Of a DNA stretch of 64,000 nt, positions 1 through 12,026 are shown piece after piece. Every line of letters starts with the position of its first letter. The stretch's first letter is position 1. Source of the DNA: Sphyrna mokarran (Eukaryota); assembly GCA_024679065.1 (NCBI GenBank), contig JAGIQG010000040.1:11966001-12030000 (forward strand), given 5' to 3'. Both the position numbers and the translations under genes were made by a program. Below the pieces are notes generated by a model. The model was not told the origin of the DNA. It made no database searches and saw nothing but the letters and a program-made list of their open reading frames with translations.

Positions 1-40
1 CACCGTTCTCGGGATAAGATTACGATCGTCACCAAATTGG
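1..40 (-). CDS. GPR139/GPR142-like class A GPCR, start of exon 2 (continues off the window)
   Basis: Minus strand reads ctcttttatctcacag|CC AAT TTG GTG ACG ATC GTA ATC TTA TCC CGA GAA CGG = (A)NLVTIVILSRER. This is homologous to VNVITIVTLTSRNC at 47363. The phase-1 acceptor matches exon 1 at 1243-1312. Confidence 0.75.
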
Positions 41-1242
41 CTGTGAGATAAAAGAGGCAGAGAGAGAGATGTTACTGAGAGGACTGTAAACACCAGCTAC
101 TCCGCTATCCAACTGAAAACGACCTCATCCTTCACTTTGCCAACTGCAGTCTTTAGTGATGGTAAAGTCTTGGCAATGGCACTACATTCAAAACTGGATT
201 AAAGTTATTTTAAATTAGGGCTAATCAGTCCAATTTTTATCTCTGCGCTCTGGTCACTCAGTTGATTCCCTCAGATAACTATCAAATGTCAGATTCTCCC
301 AAAATTTGTTGTCACCATTCTTTTTCGTACTAATCCCATCCATCCATCAGCCCTATCAACCCCCCTTCAGGCAGCGTCTGTTTTTATAATCTCACCCTTC
401 AAATTTTAAACCTCTCCAACATCTCGCTGTTCCAGATGTTGGTAACATGCTACAACTAACTGAGATCACACCATATCTCCGTTTGTGGACTTCAATGCCC
501 CTGATTTTCAATTTGCCTTTACCTGCTAAGACTCTAACCTCTGGAACCCCTTCTTTCAAAGACTAAATTTTCCCTTTGCTCTTCAGGACAATCTTCAGAA
601 AATAAATTTGTTGAAAAATTCTAAGTCATTTTGTCTGTCAGTATAAAGTTAATTTGGAAAGCCTTGTGAAGTATCCCCATTCTATTTATCCAGGTGTCTA
701 AAGAAACAAACGCCTCATCGCCTTCTCAAATGAAAGCTGGAGATGGACAAGATATATTCGCCTTGCCATATCTACATGCATATAGCTGGTGATTAAAAAT
801 ATAATTACTGGAAATTTACCAGTCTTACTAACACAAGACAAAATGCATATGCATAACGACCTCACCTTTTTTCAAAAGTTTCAATAATTAATTCTTATTT
901 TTTAAAAAATCTCAGTAACAATGTGGACAGCACATTGCCACCTCACTACAGATCAACAATTATAAACTGCTGGAGGTCGCAACATCGTTTCATGTAACCA
1001 CTGAATGTAAGCTCTATGTCAATGCATCTAATTGAATTATTAGATAGCAATAACTTATTTTTCAGAGACTGTGCATACTTGTGGATGAAATATATTATAC
1101 ACTTTATTCTGCACAATACTGAAAACACTGGATCGCATTTTACTACATAGGAGTAAAACTGAATGTTCATCAATAAAATGTTAATGTTTATGCAATGCCA
1201 TACACTTCAAGTCATGAGAATGATTTGGGATCTTTTACCTAC

Positions 1243-1312
1243 CAGGAATACCAGTGGCAGCGAGAATGGGATAAGAAATGGCGAAGAAGATACCTTTCGC
1301 TGGTCCATGCAT
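1243..1312 (-). CDS. GPR139/GPR142-like GPCR exon 1 (MHGPAKGIFFAISYPILAATGIP)
   Basis: ATG at 1312; 23 codons plus 1 nt, then a gtaggt donor. The YPILAxxGxP TM1 start matches YYPILAIVGVP of the paralogue at 52.9 kb. Confidence 0.75.
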
Positions 1313-1494
1313 CCTCTCCCAGAACGTGAAATGAAGTTTAAACCTGAGCATTGCGGTGGTTTCATTGTGTCCCACATTTATTCTGAGTGAGCGTCTCCAG
1401 AGGAATAATTAAGTTAGAACCTACACCTTAGTTACAGGCCGGTGAACAAACAGACTCTGTCATTGTTTTGTACCTCCATTGCACCATTGGCAAA

Positions 1495-3617
1495 CATAGA
1501 AACAAAGAACATTGCAGCACAGTACAAGCCTTTCGGCCTGCAATGTTGTGCCAAACATGTCCAATCCCAAGGTCAAGCTACTTCCTCCCTATAATTCTCG
1601 AGTGCTCCATTTGCCTATCCAATAACTGCTTGAAAGTTCTAAAGTGTCCTACTGCACGATCACAGCAGGCAGTCTATTCCATATCGCAATCATTCTCTGA
1701 GTAAAGAATCTACCTCGGACATCCCTTCTATATCTCCCACCATATTTGAACCTTATATTTATGCACCCGAGTAACACGCTACATTGACGCGAGGAAGTAT
1801 TCTCTGCACGTCCACTCTATCAATCCCTCTCATCATCTTATAAACCTCCAGTAAGTCGCCTCCTCCACTCCAAAGAGAAAAGCCCCAGCTCTCTCAACCT
1901 TTCCTCATAAGACCTACCCTCCAAACCAGGCAGCATCCTCGTAAATCTCCGCTGCACTCTCTCCAATGCTTCCACATCCTTCTTATAATGAGGTGACCAG
2001 AACTGAACACAATACTCCAAATGTGGTCTCACCAACATCTGCTATAGTTGCAGCATAACCCCACGGGTCTGAAACTCAAATCACCTCTTACTGAAGCTAA
2101 CGCAATATAAGCCTTCTTCACGGCTCTGTTCACTTGAGTGGCAACCCTCAGTGATCTGTAGATAAGAGTCCCAAGATCTCTCTGTTCCTCCACACTTCTC
2201 AGAACCCTGCCGTTGACCCTGTAATCCGCACTCCAGTTTGTCCTACCAAAATGAATCACCTCACACTTATCAGGTTTAAACTCCATCTGCCACTTTTCAA
2301 CCCAGCTCTACAACCTATCAATGTCACTTTGCAGCCTGCAAGAGCCCTCCACCTCATCCATAACTTCACCAATCTTGGTGTTGTCACCAAACTTACTAAC
2401 ACACCCTTGAGCCCCTTCTTCCAAGTCATTGATAAAAATCCCAGAAAAACAGAGGACCCAGCACTGACCCCTGTGGTGCACCACTGGTAACTGGCCTCCA
2501 GTTTGAAAACTTTCCCTCCACCACCACCCTCTGTCTTCTATGTTACGGCCAGTTACATATTCAATTGATCACAGTTCCATCTATCCAACTGTTCTGTATC
2601 TTCATCATGAGCCTACCATGGGAAACGTATCAAACGTCTTACTCAAATCCATATATACATCAACAGCTCTACCTTCATCCACACACTTAGTGACCCCCTC
2701 AAAGAATTCAATCAAATTTGTGAGACAGGACTTACTCCTCACAAAACCGTGCTGATTGTCCTGGATTGAAGTGAATCCTTCCAAATTGTCATAAATCCTT
2801 TCTCTCAGGATCCTTTCCATTAACTTACTGACTACTGAAGTAAGGTAACTGGCCTATAATTATCAGGGTCATTCCTATTGGCTTTCTTGAAAAGAAGAAC
2901 GACATTTGCCACTCTCCAGTCCTCTGGTACTATCCCTGTAGGCAGTGAAGGTCCAAAGATCAAAGCTAAAGTTTCTGCGATCTCATCCTTTGCCTCCCAA
3001 AGTATCCTCGGATGTATCCAATTTGGTCCAGGGGACTTACCAACCCTTGGGATTTTTACATCTAAATTGCTTTTACATCTTCCCTCAGAACATCTACCTC
3101 TTTTAACCTATCAGCCTGAATCACAGACTCATCCTCAAAAACATGGCCCCTATTCTTAGTGAACGCTGAAGAATAGTATTCATTCAATGCTTCAACTATC
3201 TCTTCTGACGCCATGCACAAGTTCCCACTACTATCCTTGCCTGGCCCTAACCTCACCCTGGTCATTCTTTAATTTCTTACATAAGAGTAAAAAGTCTTGG
3301 GGCTTTCTTTAATCTGACCCGCTGAGGACTTCTCATGCACCCTCCCATCTCCTTTCAGTCCTTCCTTTAACTCAGTTTCCTCGCTACATTGTAAATTCAT
3401 CCACCTAACTGAACCTTGTTTTTTTCATCCTTATGTACACGTATTTTTTTCCTCTTGTCAGGACATTAAACCTCCTTTGTGAACCATGGTTCCCTCACTT
3501 GGTCATTTCCTCCCTGCCTGCCTGGGACATAACCATCAAGAACACGCAGAATTCGTTCCTTGAAAGAGCTCCACTTTTCCTTTGTGCCCATAGCTGACAG
3601 TTTCTGCTCCCACCTGA
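1495..3617 (-). mobile_element. Decayed CR1/L2-clade LINE (3' ORF2 RT region and tail)
   Basis: ORF fragments [57 protein letters not shown] and MEFKPDKCEVIHFGR, broken by frameshifts. Confidence 0.9.
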
Positions 3618-3769
3618 AGTTGTGGAAGTTGCTATAGAGATGCAAATTCTGTCAACTCCAGCCTCGTTACTGTCCTCAGCAGCAGCATCATCAATACTAC
3701 CCTAATGCCGTAATGAACAAGATTCAGTCCTGCATCCGATAAACAGCCGCACAATCAGAGCAGTGCAGT

Positions 3770-4185
3770 CATCTATGAACTCGCTGGTGTACCAGCAGCC
3801 TTTATGATCGAACAAAACACTTTCCACATGTGGAGCATGTGAAAGATTTCTCCTCGGTGTAAATTTGAATGAACTAATAAGTCCCTTCCCACATTCGGAG
3901 GAGGAGAATTGTCTCTCATTGGTGTGAACTCACTGATGTAGCAGCACATGCGATGATCAATAAATCCCTTTCCACACTCAGGGCAGGTGAATAGCTTTTC
4001 CCCAGTGTGAACGCACTTGTGTCAGCAAGTGGGACGGTCGCGCAAATCCCTTTCCACATCCAGAGTAGATGAATGGTCTGTTCTCAGTGTGAATCTGCTG
4101 GTGTGCTAGCAGATTAGAGACTGAGTAAATCCCTTTGCACACTGGGGGCAGGAGAATGGCCTCTTCCTCGTGTGAGCGTGTTGAT
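3770..4185 (-). pseudogene. Degenerate C2H2 zinc-finger array fragment
   Basis: HQQIHTENRPFIYSGCGKGFARPSHLLT and further broken HTGEK/CxxCGKG units with frameshifts. The 3' flank resembles that of the ZNF at 8046-8684. Confidence 0.8.
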
Positions 4186-4394
4186 GAAAACAATGCATTT
4201 ATGAACGGGCGAAAATCATTGCTCCCTTCGATATTTGCCAGACGAACGCTTTCAAATTTTGATGTTCACGTTAAGTTCTACAATCAGATTGAAAGTAACG
4301 ATTATCTTCCTGAATTAAGTCGCTTGGAACCTGCAACAACACAGCGGAGTTGAACATTGCAGACAGGCAGATTTGCTCTACTGCTCTCCAGGTT

Positions 4395-4467
4395 GTTTCT
4401 GTAGTGTAGTGGTTATCACATTCGCCTCACACAAAAAAGGTTCCTGGTTCGAAACCAGGCAGAAACA
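4395..4467 (+). tRNA. tRNA-Val(CAC), probable pseudogene
   Basis: GTTTCTGTAGTGTAGTGGTTATCAC...CTCACAC...GGTTCGAAACCAGGCAGAAACA; the 3' anticodon stem is AAAAA instead of GCGAA. Confidence 0.85.
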
Positions 4468-5627
4468 TTCATTAAGCTTTCTCACGCCGAGTAAGGGGAC
4501 AGTTGCGTGATTTAAGTTTGTTGCTCAACATTATCCGAACCTTGATATTAAAAGGAAGTTGTCATTGCTCTGATTTCACCCTCAAATGCTTTCTGTGAAA
4601 TAAGGAACGCTTTTTTTGACGCACTGACAGGAAAGTTCGCTTTTAACACTGAGCACAGATTCGCAACCCGTTCAGTCTACAACAGAATTTAATGGGTTTA
4701 TAGGTGCAGACTGATATGGTTGATCACCATCTGAAATATCTGATTGTAGTGTGTGCTCAAACAGACAGATACAAGTGATACTGTAAGTGAACTAGAGGAA
4801 ATGGCGCACATTTAAAGAAAAATCTTTTCTAAATCGCTTTTCACCACTAAGAAACAGGAAAAAAACACTCTGACGGATGAGGTAATCGATACTCAGTGCC
4901 GGTCTACTTTATTTTTCTATGAAGCAATTTATGTGCCTGAATGTTTCACGCCCAAAGCAAAAAAGGCTCAAGGGTCACTAACAGAAAGTTCTTAAATCAC
5001 TTCCATTTTGATCGAGTTGACTTTTAAAAAAAAACTGACTCTGCCCAATATTAAAATTGTGATCTTTACTACCCGATGACTCGATTCAATTTGTTGGTCA
5101 GTTACATTTGCAATTCAGTGATATTCAATTCTAGACATAAGCCATTTGATAATGAAGACATATGTGTTCAATAATACATTGATACTCTATATTGAAATAA
5201 ATACTGTGCACAATTGTACAATGAGCTTTGACAAAATGCAATCTCGACTCAAAACGTCAGCTCCTTTCACTCCTTATAGATGCTGCCAGACCTTGTGAGA
5301 CTTGCCAAAATTTTCCCTTTTTCGTTTCCGATTCCGACATCCGCAGTAATTTGCTTTTATTTCTGAATAGAATTGATTGAGATTATTCGAAGGAAGATGA
5401 GAATCATGGAATAATAATTGGTTGGAAATCATTGCTCCCTTAGATATTTGCGAGATCAACGCTTTTAAATTTTGATGTTCAGGACAAGGTGTGCAATCAG
5501 ATTGAAAGTAACGGTTATCTTCCTGAATTCAGTGACATGGGCTCTCAGTCTAACCATCGGAACCTGCAGCAACACAGCGTAATTGAACACTGCAGACAGG
5601 CAGATTTACCCTGGCATATTTCAAGTT

Positions 5628-5700
5628 GTTTCTGTAGTGTAGTGGTTATCACGTTCGCCTCACACGCGAAAGGTCCCCCGTTCGCGACCGGGCAGACATA
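5628..5700 (+). tRNA. tRNA-Val(CAC)
   Basis: Intact anticodon arm TTCGC CT CAC AC GCGAA; a few acceptor- and T-stem mismatches. Confidence 0.85.
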
Positions 5701-6687
5701 TTCATTGAGCTTTCTCATGCCCGGTAAGGTTAAATTGCTTGATTGCAGTTGTTGTTCAACATTATCCGAAGCTCGATCTTGAAGGTATGTTATCATTGCT
5801 CTGACCTCACCCTGAAATGTTTTCTGTGAAATAAGAAACACATTTTTTGACAGGAAATTCGCTTTTGACTTCGATCACATATCCGCATCTCACTCAGTCT
5901 GCAACAGAATTTAATGGGTTTATAGGTGTAGACTAATATGGTTAATCAGCAGCTGAAATATCTGATAGTAGTGTGTGTCTCAGAAAGACAAGTGATATTG
6001 TAAGTGAGCTGGAGGAAATGGCGTACATTTCACAGCAGAAATTTTTTTAAAAAATCGATTTTCATTACTAAGAAAAGGAAAAGGTATTGAGACAGACGAA
6101 GGAATCGAGACTTACTACGGATCTACTGGACTTTCCTGTAACGGACCGGAATTTTTGAGCCTGAATGTTTCACATCCATAATAAAAATAGACTCAAGGGT
6201 CACTAACAGATAATTATTGATTTTCCTCTATTCAAATGTAGTTGACTTTGTTTAAAAGTTGATGATAGTCAATCTCAAAATTGTGATCTATATTACCCAT
6301 TGATTCAATTCGTTCTGTTGGTCAGTTATGTTTTCAATTCAGTGATGTTCAAGTTCAGAAATATTCAATTAACAACTAAGCCATATGTGTTCAATAATGC
6401 ATTGACACTAAATATTGAAACGAACAATGAGTACAATTGTACGATGAGCTTTCATAAAGTGTTATCTGGATTCGAAACGTCCGCCCTTTTCACTTCTTAC
6501 AGGTGCTGTCAGACATTGTGAGATTTTGGAGCATTTTCTCTTTTCCCATCCGCAGTAATTTGTTTTTATTACTGAGTACAAATAATTGAGATTATTCGAA
6601 GAAAGATGAAAATGATGCATTAATGAATAAGCAGATATTATTGCTCTCTGAGAAATTTGGGAGACGGAAGCTCTACCTTGCCAGACA

Positions 6688-6760
6688 GCCGAAATAGCTC
6701 AGTCGGGAGAGCGTTAGACTGAAGGTCTAAAGGTCCCTCGTTCGACCCCGGGTTTCAGCA
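6688..6760 (+). tRNA. tRNA-Phe(GAA)
   Basis: GCCGAAATAGCTCAGTCGGGAGAGCGTTAGACTGAAGGTCTAAAGGTCCCTCGTTCGACCCCGGGTTTCAGCA, close to vertebrate tRNA-Phe. Confidence 0.9.
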
Positions 6761-7633
6761 GGATACCTTGGTGCTTTGTGTTCTATCTGCTAATTGGCAC
6801 CGCATTTTGTCTCGCACTGTCTTCAAACATGAATTCAGGCAAGCTGCAACAGAGCAAATACCCATCGCAATTTCCATCCGGCCAGATGTTGTTATGTTTC
6901 CTCCTTGTTGGATTTCACTGTCCAGTAATAGGTCAGATTTTACTGTTTACAGTGACACAGAATTATGAAGCTTTCCCCTCACTCTGCATTTGGAAGTATT
7001 TCTGTCCGGTTTCGAAGTGTCGGAAGTGAAGGTGATAATTGTGCTGGAGTGTTGGTAATATGTTGTCATTGGTTGCACACATCACTGGCTTTGAATTAGA
7101 AGGCGCCATTTTACAGGGGAAAGCTGTTTGTGACGAGTGTGGCGTGAAAATTAAATTAACAAAAGTAACATGAATAAATTAAATTGTAAAACACGCTGTA
7201 AACTGCTGGCCTCGTGGTTAGAGTTTGACTCTTCCGCTGCTGTTTAGATTACTAGTTTGGAATTGAAGATTTATCGTTCTCATCCCAACTGTGAAAACAA
7301 GCGTGAGTTATTGCTGAATGAAATACAAAACATAATCTCTCCTCCTGTTCTGAAGTGCAGACGCTGAGCAAATTCACCAGGAGGTTTTCTTGTCATTTTT
7401 GGCAGGAAATTGAGAAGTGACGAGCTTAAGGACAGTTTAAATGATGCAGTCCCTTCACGGCAGCTCATTGTGTTTCTGACCTGAGATGATTTCTGTTTGT
7501 TACACAGTTCAGACTGACCTGATTCAGAGATGCATCAGAGTCAATCCTCCTGATGGCCTTTCCAAGCTCCATTGCTTTAAACGAATTTCAGTAACATTAT
7601 CACCAAATGACACGAATGCGACTCTCCTTTTGT

Positions 7634-7751
7634 GGTAGCGTGGCCGAGCGGTCTAAGGTGCTGGATTAAGGCTCCAGTCTCTTCGGAGGTGTGGTTTTAG
7701 ACCAGTAATCTAAACAGCAGCGGAAGAGTCAAACTCTAACCACCGCTGCCA
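7634..7751 (+). pseudogene. tRNA-Leu(AAG) pseudogene with an insertion in the T arm
   Basis: GGTAGCGTGGCCGAGCGGTCTAAGG...GATTAAGGCTCCAGTCTCTTCGGAGG...CCACCGCTGCCA. The T loop is replaced by a 40-bp inverted copy of 7214-7253. Confidence 0.9.
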
Positions 7752-7775
7752 CAATGGGTTTGCGTTTTGGTCGAA

Positions 7776-8043
7776 CATGGGATGTTGTGTATTCTCCAGT
7801 CTGGACAACAATCGAGTTCCTCCACAACATTCTAACCCCGTGTGTCCCATTTGTCCTTATTCTGCTGCTCAATGCTCTCACCATCAGGCACATTTTAGTG
7901 AGCAGCAAAGCTCGAGGAAACTCAGGGCCACAACAGTGGGGAGAATCCCACAGATCAGAGAGGGAGAGTCGAAGGAAAACTCCATCAGTTTACTGTTTGT
8001 TACTCAGCAATTCATTCGTCTTTTTATGGTGGACATTAATGTT
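7776..8043 (+). pseudogene. Internal fragment (TM5-TM6) of a GPR139-like GPCR
   Basis: WDVVYSPVWTTIEFLHNILTPCVPFVLILLLNALTIRHILVSSKAR is essentially identical to the minus-strand copy at ~46.67-46.94 kb. The 3' half has many small indels. Confidence 0.9.
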
Positions 8044-8045
8044 AC

Positions 8046-8684
8046 GGATTCACTCGCTCGTCGCACCTACTGAAACACCAGCAAGTTCACACTGACAAGA
8101 GGGTGTTTCAATGCTCCAATTGTAAGAAGAGCTTTAAAAGCCCTCACGGACTGAGGGAGTACCAGCGCATTCACACCAAGTACACACTGTTCAGCTGCTC
8201 AAAATGTGGGAAGAGTTTCAGGACAGCAACCCAACTTCAGACACACCAACGAGTTCACACTGACAAGAGACCTTTTAAATGTCCAGAGTGTGAGAAGTGC
8301 TTTAAAAGTTCTGGTGAACTGATGTCCCATCAGCTTGTTCACACTGAGGAGAGACCGTTCAAGTGCTCACACTGTGGCACTGGGTTCAGGCGATCATCTC
8401 ATCTCACTGTACACCAGCGTGTTCACACTGGGAAGAGGCCATTCATCTGCTCCAAGCGTGGGAAGGGATTCACTCAGTCCTCCAACCTGCTGACACACCA
8501 ACAAATTCACACAGAGGTGAGGCCGTTCACCTGTCCTGAGTGTGGAAAGGGATTTGCGCGATCATCCCACCTGCTGACACACCAGCGCATTCACACTGGG
8601 GAGAGGCAGTTCACCTGCTCCGAGTGCGGGAAGAGATTTATCGAATCGTCCAATCTGGTGAAACACCAGCGAGTTCACAGATAA
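8046..8684 (+). pseudogene. 5'-truncated C2H2 (Kruppel-type) zinc-finger array, ~7.5 fingers
   Basis: Repeated CxxCGKxF...HQRxH TGERPF linkers, open to TAA at 8684. There is no ATG or acceptor: it begins mid-finger at the junction with the GPCR fragment. Two fingers lack a Zn ligand (EYQRIH, CSKRGK). Confidence 0.8.
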
Positions 8685-10744
8685 CAGCTCTGCTCTGATT
8701 CTGCTGTCGTTCATCAGATTCAGGACTGAACCTTGTTGTGACACTGGGGGAGTGTTGATGATGTTGCTGCAAAGTACAGTAACTGGGCCGGAGTCAACAG
8801 AATTTGCATTTATATAGCACCTTACACAAGCTCAGGGCATCTCAGTGCACAGTCAGCATCCACAACAGCAATGTGAATCAGGGCGGTGTTCTGTTTTTGG
8901 GGAGATTGGGTAGGGGTAATATTGATCTCAGCAGATTGTCTTTAACTGACTTTATTACAGCACTGCTATAATACAGACAGAGTATAGTTACTTGTTCTAC
9001 AGAACAGAGGTAATACTCTAGATTCAGAGCTCTCTATCTGAGCAAGGTGCTCAGTTGTGTCACATTGCTAAAGAGTCAATGATAAAACCAGACAGACCAC
9101 TCCGCATTGACCTAGGTTCCAGAAATAATAAAAGCAAAAGTGTTCCCAAGCTAGTGCTACAAAGAATTCCTGGCTAACAGCTGGGGGTTTGTGCCAAAGT
9201 TGGCAGAGATTTTCTGAAAGACGTGGGTTCACCTCAACTTAAATGTAAGATTTAAAACCAGTTACAATTGTTGGATTTAGTTGGGAGAGCTGATCTAAAA
9301 GGGACTTTCATTTACAACTAGCTACAGGACCAGACTGGGTGCAAATATTGTTACAGCTTTACAGAATTTACTCAGTTAATCACACAAGTTCAAAATGCAA
9401 AACTTAACAAAGGCAGTGGAAGCAGTCAGTTCACTTTGTAACACTGGCCCACACCCTCCAGCTGACTGTGACACTGTTTCTTGTTCTGTTGACTATTGTC
9501 TATCTTCTTCCTACTCAGCTTTTCTGAGCTGTGAACTGGGCAGCTGAAAGCTGATGGTTATTAACTATTTCTAGACACAGCCCCTGTACATGATCACTGG
9601 TGTTCCTGAACTCTGGTTTGCATAATCAGTCACTGATTTATTTAGATGGTGTGTAATCAGTTTCTGATTGGTTTTTAATGGCGATGATCATTGACTGACC
9701 ATTTCCTGCAATTTTGCGATTGGCTCTCTAATGTGTCAGTTACTTTCGGAGTTTGCCCCAGATGCCTTTTCTGTGATTTCATTAAATTGTGGCTTTGTAC
9801 TCAGATAATGGAGCTTCTTTGTCCGCATATTTGAAATAAGCAAGCTTATGGTATCAAATCCTAATGGTTAACATTTGGGTTCAGTGTCTCAAATGTCTAA
9901 TTGATGTGTAGAAACTTTTCGAGTTCTTACCGGGGCTGGTGACTATCAGTATATCTTGGTTAAAGAAAGTGCTTGCTGGTTTTTGCAGTGGTTGCCAGAG
10001 CTTGGAACACAGTTGATTGAAAGGACACAAAGTGACACACAATCTTAAAGTAATAAAGAAATTATGAAGTTATCTCAGATCTGAAATCCAAAGAAGGTGG
10101 GCACCAAATCAGTGTGGAAAAGGTAAAATAGCAGGAAACACATATAAATACAATATAATATATTCAATTAGTAAAAGTTCAAAACTAATGAATCAGAATA
10201 ACTTCTGAGCTATAAAAATTAAACTGAAACCTTTAGTCTTTCAAATTAAATATAGTTATAGTGTGAAGGAAAGTGAGTACTTCTTTCAAGATATTACAAG
10301 TTAAAAGTTGAAACTAATTTACGACACAGTGCTGAAGTTTGAACCTTCACAGCTGATTTCTTCACACAATATGGCCTCAAACTCAAATATAACTGTTATT
10401 GTCAATGGCTGATGAGTTCACAGTTCCAGATCTTAGCTCATCCAGAGTTGATGGGATCCACAAGACTCTGTGATTAAAGTATAAAAGTATAAATTTACAT
10501 TGGCCCACGGTCACGTGATATATTACACTTGTCAAATGAAAATGCAATTACAGACAAAGCCAATGACATGATACTAATATATCATAATTAAGCAGAATTT
10601 CACATCAGGTTAATTGATTAATAAGCTTCAATTACGTGATCATTACACATGACTAAGCTAAAAACTACTAAACATGAGCATTCCTGCAGTCAAACAACAG
10701 GCTGAGACATTCATACTTGAATCACATCTCACTGCTAATGTCTT

Positions 10745-11395
10745 CACAGGAACAAGGAGTAGGATTCGACTATTTGACTCCTTGAGTCTGCTCTATCATT
10801 TAATCAGATCATGGCTGATCTGATGGTAACTTTAAATCTACATCCTACCTACCCCCAATAATCTATTGCCAAGAACCTATCTATATCAGCTTTAAAAATG
10901 TTCAAAGATTCTGCTCCTACTGCCTTTTTTGAAGAGCATTCCAGATGTTCATAACCCTCTGAAAGAAAATATTTCACCTCCTCTGTTTTAAATGTGTGAA
11001 CTCTTTTTTTAAAAAGAAACTCTATCTTCTATATTCTCACACAAGAGGAAACATCCTCTCCACACCAATCTGTCAAGATCCTTCAGAATCTTCTATGTTT
11101 TGATCAAATTTCTCTCACTCTTCTAAACTCCAGCAGACACAAGTCTAGCCTATTCAAGTTTTACCCATAGTCCACACATTTCTGGCATTGGTCTGGTCAA
11201 TTGACTGCTTCCAATGCATTTACATCCTTGCTTAAACAAGATGACCAATACTGTACACAATACTTCAGATCTGGTCTCACTGGTGCTCTGGATAATTGAA
11301 GCATAACCTCCATATTTATGTAACCAATTCCCCTCAAATGATAGCTTTCCTAATTACTTGTTTTACCTGCTTATTAGCTTTTTGTGATTCATGCA
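10745..11395 (-). mobile_element. Decayed CR1-type LINE 3' end
   Basis: gaccaatactgtacacaatacttcagatctggtctcac is the reverse complement of the RPHLEYCVQ motif; typical 3' UTR follows. Confidence 0.65.
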
Positions 11396-11399
11396 ATGA

Positions 11400-11670
11400 A
11401 CAGCAAGGAAACCAGGTTCGATTCCCGGTTTGGATCACCAGCTATATAGAATTTGTGCATTCTCCCCGTGTCTGCTTGGATTATTCCGGGAGCTCTGGTT
11501 TCCTTCCACAGTCTAAAAGATGTGCTGGTTAGGATGCATTGGTCATGCTAAATTCTCCTTGAATGGACCTGAACAGGCACAGAGTGTGGCGACTGTAGGA
11601 TTTTCATTGTAACTTCATTGCAGTGTTAATGTAAGTCGATATATTAGTAACACTAATAAAGAAACTTAAA
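11400..11670 (+). mobile_element. tRNA-derived shark SINE (HE1/V-SINE-like)
   Basis: B-box ggttcgattccc, conserved core ttctccccgtgtctgc...ggtttccttccacagtc, 3' aataaa. Homologous to 33150-33420, 42680-42965 and 48480-48638. Confidence 0.75.
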
Positions 11671-11893
11671 CTGCAGGTCTGTGACAATGCACCCTCTTGT
11701 TTAAACACAATGCAATGCTGAGACTGGGGAGAGGAGTGAACAACAGGGAGCAGCATTGCAGCTTCTCTCCCCCCATTGAAACTGGGATTGTTGCTCCATC
11801 TGCTGCACCATCCCCACCACATCCACTGGGGGGCAATCTGGACAATTGGCTGCAGGCAGGACCTCACTGCGCTTGCGCCATAATCATACCCAC

Positions 11894-12026
11894 CGCCAGC
11901 GGCCATCTGGCGTTGCTAGGGGAGACGGCGGCAGCCATCTTGCGTTGCCAGGGGAGACGGCCAGCGGCCATCTTGCGTTGCCAGGGGAGACGGCCAGCGG
12001 CCATTTTGCGTTGCTAGGGGAGATGG
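11894..12026 (+). repeat. 33-bp minisatellite, ~4 copies (ggccagcggccatcttgcgttgccaggggagac)
   Basis: Directly visible tandem units inside a CpG-rich patch. Confidence 0.9.

Larger units (their letters stand above)
4190..6660 (+). repeat. Diverged tandem duplication (~1.23 kb unit), each unit carrying tRNA-Val
   Basis: caatcagattgaaagtaacg, acagaatttaatgggtttataggtg and ctcaagggtcactaacaga each occur twice, ~1.2 kb apart. Confidence 0.85.

Noticed and set aside
11894-12026. CRISPR-like array
   Set aside because: Head-to-tail minisatellite without unique spacers, in vertebrate DNA.
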